A DNA stretch of 24,900 nt from a virus (taxonomy: Duplodnaviria > Caudoviricetes): positions 1 through 24,900 of the IMG/VR virus record IMGVR_UViG_3300005758_000180; one strand, given 5' to 3'. Within the stretch, counting starts at the first letter, position 1. Every line of letters starts with the position of its first letter. The notes beneath the pieces are model-generated. The model was not told the DNA's origin. It saw nothing but the letters and a program-made list of their open reading frames with translations, and searched no databases. The position numbers and the translations under genes were made by a program. Below, piece after piece: positions 24,355-24,900 of the stretch.

Positions 24355-24852
24355 TTAAAATGTATCTTCAGCGATATTTTCTGATTGTACACTATTAGCA
24401 TTAGCTAACACATCTGAAGCATCAGAAGATGCAATTTGAGTTTGAACAAATAATGGCATACCATTTTTCATTAAAACGTTACCATTTTTATCCAAAGATG
24501 GTTCTTGAGTTTCCCATTGAGGAGTAAAGCTTTCAATTAAGATAATCTTAGCTTTAACTCCAAATAATGATTCAATCAATGCTTTTGTGTCAGCTTCTGA
24601 TAATTGAGTTTCAAACATATCAGGAGTTAAACCTGTAGCTTCAGGGTCAATGTTTAAAATAGCTTTTCTTGTGCTATTATTACCACCTTTTAAGTTAGTA
24701 GCACTAACTAAGATGTAAAACTTACCATTTTCTTTAACACCAACAAATGCTCCTGCATTTGCTCCTGTTAAAAATTGTTCATGTTTCCATGAGGTTGATG
24801 CTACTTTACTTTTAAGTTGAGCAATCTTTTGGGTGAATGTTAATTCTGCCAT
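24355..24852 (-). CDS. Hypothetical protein, possibly OB-fold/ssDNA-binding
   Basis: 165 aa with its own terminator, a IESFTPQW..QEP...NGNVLMKNGMPLF block and an acidic tail ending EDTF. Function is speculative. Confidence 0.7.
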   Translation of the reverse strand: MAELTFTQKIAQLKSKVASTSWKHEQFLTGANAGAFVGVKENGKFYILVSATNLKGGNNSTRKAILNIDPEATGLTPDMFETQLSEADTKALIESLFGVKAKIILIESFTPQWETQEPSLDKNGNVLMKNGMPLFVQTQIASSDASDVLANANSVQSENIAEDTF

Positions 24853-24900
24853 AATAAATAGTCTTTCAGATTAAAGTGCTAACGGACTAGAGCACTAAAG

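Noticed and set aside
1-24900. Stop-codon reassignment as in some crAss-like phages
   Set aside because: Long genes are intact under the standard code, and both TAG (19310, 19704) and TGA (ATGA overlaps) act as stops.

Overview
A very AT-rich fragment of a tailed-phage genome. Every credible gene is on the minus strand. The host is probably a Bacteroidota member: there are no Shine-Dalgarno motifs, leaders are A-rich and a TAnnTTTG promoter is present. The replication module resembles that of Crassvirales-like phages (inference). In transcription order (right to left) the window holds four blocks. (1) An intergenic region with three palindromic repeats, followed by small early-type ORFs. (2) A ~1.8 kb locus of structured non-coding sequence interrupted by an HNH endonuclease gene and ending in a tRNA-Leu-like RNA whose anticodon arm is replaced by a long hairpin. 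(3) Accessory and nucleotide genes (DnaA-C-like HTH protein, dNMP kinase, MazG-like), then a replication core: PolA, SF2 helicase, DnaB, Sak4-like ATPase, SSB-like protein, primase and RusA. (4) An apparently complete ubiquitin-like conjugation cassette (Ubl - micro-ORF - E2-like - JAB - E1/ThiF) that runs off the left edge. The strongest candidates for novelty are this Ubl cassette and the ncRNA / tRNA-mimic / HNH locus. All calls come from reading motifs by eye, with no database searches.
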